A stretch of 64,000 bases of DNA from an uncultured Pseudomonadota bacterium. GTDB taxonomy: Bacteria > Oederibacteriota > Muellerivitia > Muellerivitales > Muellerivitaceae. The notes beneath the pieces are model-generated. The model had not been told where the DNA came from. It did no database searches and saw only the letters and a list, made by a program, of their open reading frames with translations. Positions 60,488-64,000 of the stretch are shown piece by piece. How positions within the stretch are numbered: the first letter of the stretch is position 1; the number at the start of each line of letters is the position of its first letter. The stretch is from contig CAWIIP010000001.1 of assembly GCA_963836235.1 (NCBI GenBank), positions 160,001 through 224,000 on the forward strand. Reading direction: 5' to 3'. The translations under genes were made by a program, and so were the position numbers.

Positions 60488-61492
60488 ATGAGACAAGTTA
60501 GGCTGATTGCCCCTGGGGGCTTGGAAAATCTTAAATTGGTTGAAGAAGACCAGCCCAAACCAAAGCCGGGTGAAATCCTGGTCCGGATACGGGCAAGCTC
60601 CATAAATTTTCACGACGAAATGGTGGTGCGGGGAAAGATCCCTTGTGCCGACGGCCGGATCCCGATGACCGATGGCGCCGGGGAAGTGATCGCGATCGGG
60701 GACGATGTCGGGGAGTTCAAGATCGGAGATGCGGTCGTCAGCGTTTTTTTGCCCAATTGGCTGGGGGGTGAACTGTCGCCCGTTACCCGGCGGGACGTTC
60801 CGGGAGAGACAATTGACGGTTATGCCAGCGAATACGTATGCAAACCGGCGCAAGCCTTCACGAAAGCCCCCGCGGGTTACAAGCATTTGGAGTCCGCCAC
60901 GCTCCCCTGCGCGGCAGTCACCGCTTGGAGAGGTTTGGTGGTCAACGGCAAGGTGAAGCCCGGCGACACGGTGTTGATCCTGGGCACAGGCGGAGTATCG
61001 CTGTTTGCCCTGCAATTCGCGAAAGCCGCGGGCGCCAAGGTCATCGCGACGTCTTCCTCAGAGGAGAAACTGGAAAAGCTCAAGTTGCTTGGAGCCGATG
61101 CCGTCATTCATTACAAAGCCGTTCCGGAATGGGGTCAAAAGGCCAAGGACTTGACCGATGGACGGGGCGTCGACCATGTGATCGAGGTTGGCGGTCCCGG
61201 CACCTTGCCGCAATCGATCACGGCATGCAGGTTGGGTGGCCATATCGCCTTGATCGGCGTTTTAACCGGTTTTGTGGGGGAAGTGGCGATCCCGGCGCTT
61301 TTCGCGAACCAAATCCGTACCAGCGGGGTCTTTATTGGCAGCAGGGCAGACCAAGAGGACATGATCCGGGCGATAACGGCCAATCACATAAAACCCGTCA
61401 TCGACCGCAGTTTTCAGTTGCAGGAAATTGGCGCGGCTTTCAAGTATTACGAATCTCAAAAGCACTTTGGAAAGGTTTGTCTGGAAATTTAA
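60488..61492 (+). CDS. Zinc-type alcohol dehydrogenase-like NAD(P)-dependent oxidoreductase (MDR)
   Basis: LPCAAVTAW, GTGGVSLFALQFAK and HFGKV. Confidence 0.92.
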   Translation: MRQVRLIAPGGLENLKLVEEDQPKPKPGEILVRIRASSINFHDEMVVRGKIPCADGRIPMTDGAGEVIAIGDDVGEFKIGDAVVSVFLPNWLGGELSPVTRRDVPGETIDGYASEYVCKPAQAFTKAPAGYKHLESATLPCAAVTAWRGLVVNGKVKPGDTVLILGTGGVSLFALQFAKAAGAKVIATSSSEEKLEKLKLLGADAVIHYKAVPEWGQKAKDLTDGRGVDHVIEVGGPGTLPQSITACRLGGHIALIGVLTGFVGEVAIPALFANQIRTSGVFIGSRADQEDMIRAITANHIKPVIDRSFQLQEIGAAFKYYESQKHFGKVCLEI

Positions 61493-61565
61493 GATTTTTC
61501 CATTCATCGGATGGAAAGCGATTTGATCGGTTTTTAACGACATGAAAAGCAAAGGAGGAAAAGCG

Positions 61566-61997
61566 ATGACAGACCCGAAGAAGACCTTGGAATTCAAGTT
61601 TGAACGGACGATCCCCGCTCGTCCCGGGGAGGTGTTTGACGGGTGGCTGAATCCAAAGGTCCCCGGCAATCCTTGGAATATGGCTGAAAAGCTGCTCTTG
61701 AACCCTAAGGTGGACGGGTTCTTTTACTGGCTGTTCCGGGGGAATTCCCATTATGGGCGGTTCACCAAGGTTGAGCGGCCCGGCCGAATTGAACATACTT
61801 GGATGTCCCGGTCCACCTTGGGGGAAGAAACGACGGTGACCGTGACTTTTCAGAAAAAGGGGGAAGACACCCTGATGACCTTAGTGCATTCCGGCCTTCC
61901 CGATACGGATGGCGGAAGAGGGCATGAGAAAGGCTGGAATTACTTTTTGGATCTATTCCCTGGGCAATTTGGGGTTGCCCCGGCCAAGAAAGAATAA
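61566..61997 (+). CDS. SRPBCC/AHSA1 domain protein (paralog of 59975)
   Basis: RBS aaggagg; highly similar to 59975-60430. Confidence 0.88.
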   Translation: MTDPKKTLEFKFERTIPARPGEVFDGWLNPKVPGNPWNMAEKLLLNPKVDGFFYWLFRGNSHYGRFTKVERPGRIEHTWMSRSTLGEETTVTVTFQKKGEDTLMTLVHSGLPDTDGGRGHEKGWNYFLDLFPGQFGVAPAKKE

Positions 61998-62006
61998 GGA
62001 GGAGCC

Positions 62007-62831
62007 ATGAAAGAAGGCAAAGGCAAAAGGGGGGACACCCGCGGATACGCGCCCGTTAACGGCCTGGGGATGTATTACGAAATCGAGGGGACTGGCGACC
62101 CGCTGGTTTTTATTCCGCCCGCCTTCGGATTCGCCGGGCGGCAATCCTTTCCCGCGCTGGTTCAAAATCATTCGGTCCTAACGGTCGATCTCCAAGGAAA
62201 TGGCCGAACGGCGGACATCCCGGAACGCCCCATCTCCATTGAACAATACGCCAAGGATGTGGTTGCTTTGCTAGAATATCTTGGAATCCCCAAGGCCGAC
62301 TTCCTGGGGGAGAGCTATGGCGGCGATACGGCGGCCGTGATCGCCCTTCACTATCCGGAGCTTGTACGTCGTGTGGTTACCTATTCGGCAACTTTTGCCC
62401 CACCCCCGGACACCCTAAACCCCGGGACCACGCGATTTGACCATCCGCCCACCGCTGAGACCAGGGACATCCAATTCCAGAGGGAAAGTTACAAGAAAGT
62501 CGCGCCGGACCCGGATTACTGGCCCAAGATTTATGAAAAAGTCGTCGGCATCCAGTGGAAGGGCTTTTCGAAAGAAGAATTGGCTTCCATCCAAGCGCCG
62601 TTCCTGATCATCCAGGGAGACCAGGATTTTGTCCGCCTCGAGCATTCCGTCGATACCGCCAAGCTTATCCCGCAAGCGGAGCTCACGGTGATTCCGAGCG
62701 CCAGCCACTTCGCCTTATTCTCCGAACCAGAGAGGGTGGTCCCCATCATTAAACACTTCCTGGAAAAGCCCGTGAAGCAAATCCCCCTGGCAACCGCCAA
62801 CATTGGCTATCACCCCGGTGAAACCAGATAA
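62007..62831 (+). CDS. Alpha/beta fold hydrolase
   Basis: GLGMYYEIEG, GESYGG nucleophile elbow, QGDQD and SH. Confidence 0.9.
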   Translation: MKEGKGKRGDTRGYAPVNGLGMYYEIEGTGDPLVFIPPAFGFAGRQSFPALVQNHSVLTVDLQGNGRTADIPERPISIEQYAKDVVALLEYLGIPKADFLGESYGGDTAAVIALHYPELVRRVVTYSATFAPPPDTLNPGTTRFDHPPTAETRDIQFQRESYKKVAPDPDYWPKIYEKVVGIQWKGFSKEELASIQAPFLIIQGDQDFVRLEHSVDTAKLIPQAELTVIPSASHFALFSEPERVVPIIKHFLEKPVKQIPLATANIGYHPGETR

Positions 62832-62848
62832 ATTCGGGAGGAGCGTTC

Positions 62849-62947
62849 ATGGAAAAAGTCATTGTGGGAAACGCCACTGCGATCACGTTTCCACGCTCTG
62901 GGGTCAATCTGACAGGGCACTTTAACCTAGAATCTCCGCACTCGTAA
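62849..62947 (+). pseudogene. 32-aa ORF, probably the 5' remnant of a truncated gene
   Basis: Strong RBS gggaggag. ITFPRSGVNLTGH resembles hydrolase N-termini. Confidence 0.35.
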
Positions 62948-63089
62948 TCCGTTAAAACAAGTTTCCGTTGAAAATTAGTGTAATTTTTCGGTTGTCTATT
63001 TTTTGAGAGCGTAAAATGAGTGGATTGTTTTGTCCACGACGGGGACCCAGCGCGCCAAGAAAGCTGTTGCTCATCCAGTCGGCTGAAAT

Positions 63090-64000
63090 GTGCCGACCCA
63101 GACAAAATTTGGCAGTCTGGTAGCAGGGAGCCGAATCGGGCAGGGTAACCTGCCAGGTTCAAGCGGCTCGACAAAGGGCGGCAAAGCGCCCGATGCGAAA
63201 GGACGGGTCGTAACACGTGTGAACCTAGGTGTAACCTCGTAACGTCGAGATTGAGGAGGGTGACCCTTTTGGGTCTTGGGGAAACCAGTATTCCATGCGG
63301 GAGCCAGAAATACGCATGGGACTGCTTCGGGGTAACAGGGGCGACACGTCCAGACGGAGAACAACGGAACTTGGGAGACCCATAGGGAAGCACAAGGTAC
63401 CTGCCTATAAGTCTAAGCGGCGAAATGGCAGGGAGAGCCTATGGGAGTCAGACAAGCCTACAGTAGCTATGAGGGCTAGGACTAAACCTAGTCAGAGCAA
63501 AGGGGCTTGACCTGGGTAGAGCTTGGCCAGGAGAGAGGGACAAGGGATTGGCGATGAGCCTAGTAACCCTACAAAAAGTTCAGGATCTTCAGCACAAGCT
63601 AGCTGGGAGGAGTAAGTCAAAGCCGAAAGAACGTTTCTACAGTCTCTACGACAAGGTGTGCCGGAAAGAGGTTCTGTGGGAAGCATGGCAGAAGGTGAAG
63701 GGCAATGGAGGTTCCGGAGGAGTGGACGGGGTAACGGTGGAAGGTATAAAGGCCACCGGAGAGAAGGAATACCTGCGGGCACTCTGGACGGAGCTGAAGG
63801 AAAAGGAATATAAGCCATTGCCGCTCAGGCGGGTTTGGATACTAAAGGCCAACGGGAAGAAAAGGCCCTTGGGGATACCGACGGTGAAAGACCGGATTGT
63901 ACAGCAAGCGGTACGATTCGTTATGGAGCCGATCTTCGAGGCGCACTTCTCGGAAGTGTCCTTTGGATTCAGGCCAGGCCGGGACTGCCATCAGGCCATC
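63090..64000 (+). mobile_element. Group II intron (5' part; continues beyond the window)
   Basis: GTGCCGACCC 5'-like start, about 460 nt of structured purine-rich sequence, then an RT ORF. The boundary is approximate. Confidence 0.85.
63554..64000 (+). CDS. ltrA: Group II intron reverse transcriptase/maturase (partial; absent from the ORF track because it has no stop in the window)
   Basis: Manual translation: MSLVTLQKVQDLQHKL...RFYSLYDKV...GVDG...KRPLGIPTVKDRIVQQA...EPIFE...SFGFRPGR. Confidence 0.95.
   Translation, partial: MSLVTLQKVQDLQHKLAGRSKSKPKERFYSLYDKVCRKEVLWEAWQKVKGNGGSGGVDGVTVEGIKATGEKEYLRALWTELKEKEYKPLPLRRVWILKANGKKRPLGIPTVKDRIVQQAVRFVMEPIFEAHFSEVSFGFRPGRDCHQAI

Noticed and set aside
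62749-63852. Minus-strand ORFs over the intron
   Set aside because: They are antisense to the intron RNA and RT and have no protein motifs.
35190-64000. Diversity-generating retroelement (RT plus repeated C-terminal modules)
   Set aside because: The RT is of the group II intron type, the repeat differences are not adenine-specific, and all copies are coding.

Overview
The window comes from a diderm bacterium (TonB/ExbBD, PorV-like barrels, OmpA-like domain). The Thr-rich stalks and 'yPNP...ANGxY' C-terminal domains suggest a candidate-phylum lineage such as FCPU426 or Goldbacteria, but that is an unverified inference. Bases 1-13.9 kb are mostly housekeeping: M16 peptidase, yggT, a PorV-FlgD-OmpA fusion, a sugar ABC transporter, yqeK, LytR_C, argS, tadB/C and DUF192. 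Bases 14-29 kb are accessory: small Cys-rich proteins, a pilin, and a CusRS-like two-component system divergent from a TonB receptor/ExbBD/TonB/YncE/COG4705/phosphoesterase cluster. Bases 29-59.5 kb are the most interesting part. An ECF sigma factor, an anti-sigma with a periplasmic FlgD/CTD-like domain, a non-catalytic PA14+CBM9 protein and a PorV-TPR barrel lie upstream of secreted hemicellulases (three GH30, one GH74, one GH62) and a metalloprotease, all ending in T9SS-like C-terminal domains. A shared motif, GGAATAAA-N16-CYWATC, lies upstream of the sigma gene, the first GH30 and the GH62. The CBM3-CTD tails are near-identical DNA mosaics, and a covarying stem-loop follows two of the genes. 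The window ends with an ArsR/SRPBCC operon and a group II intron whose RT ORF runs off the edge. All calls come from reading motifs by eye; no database search was run.
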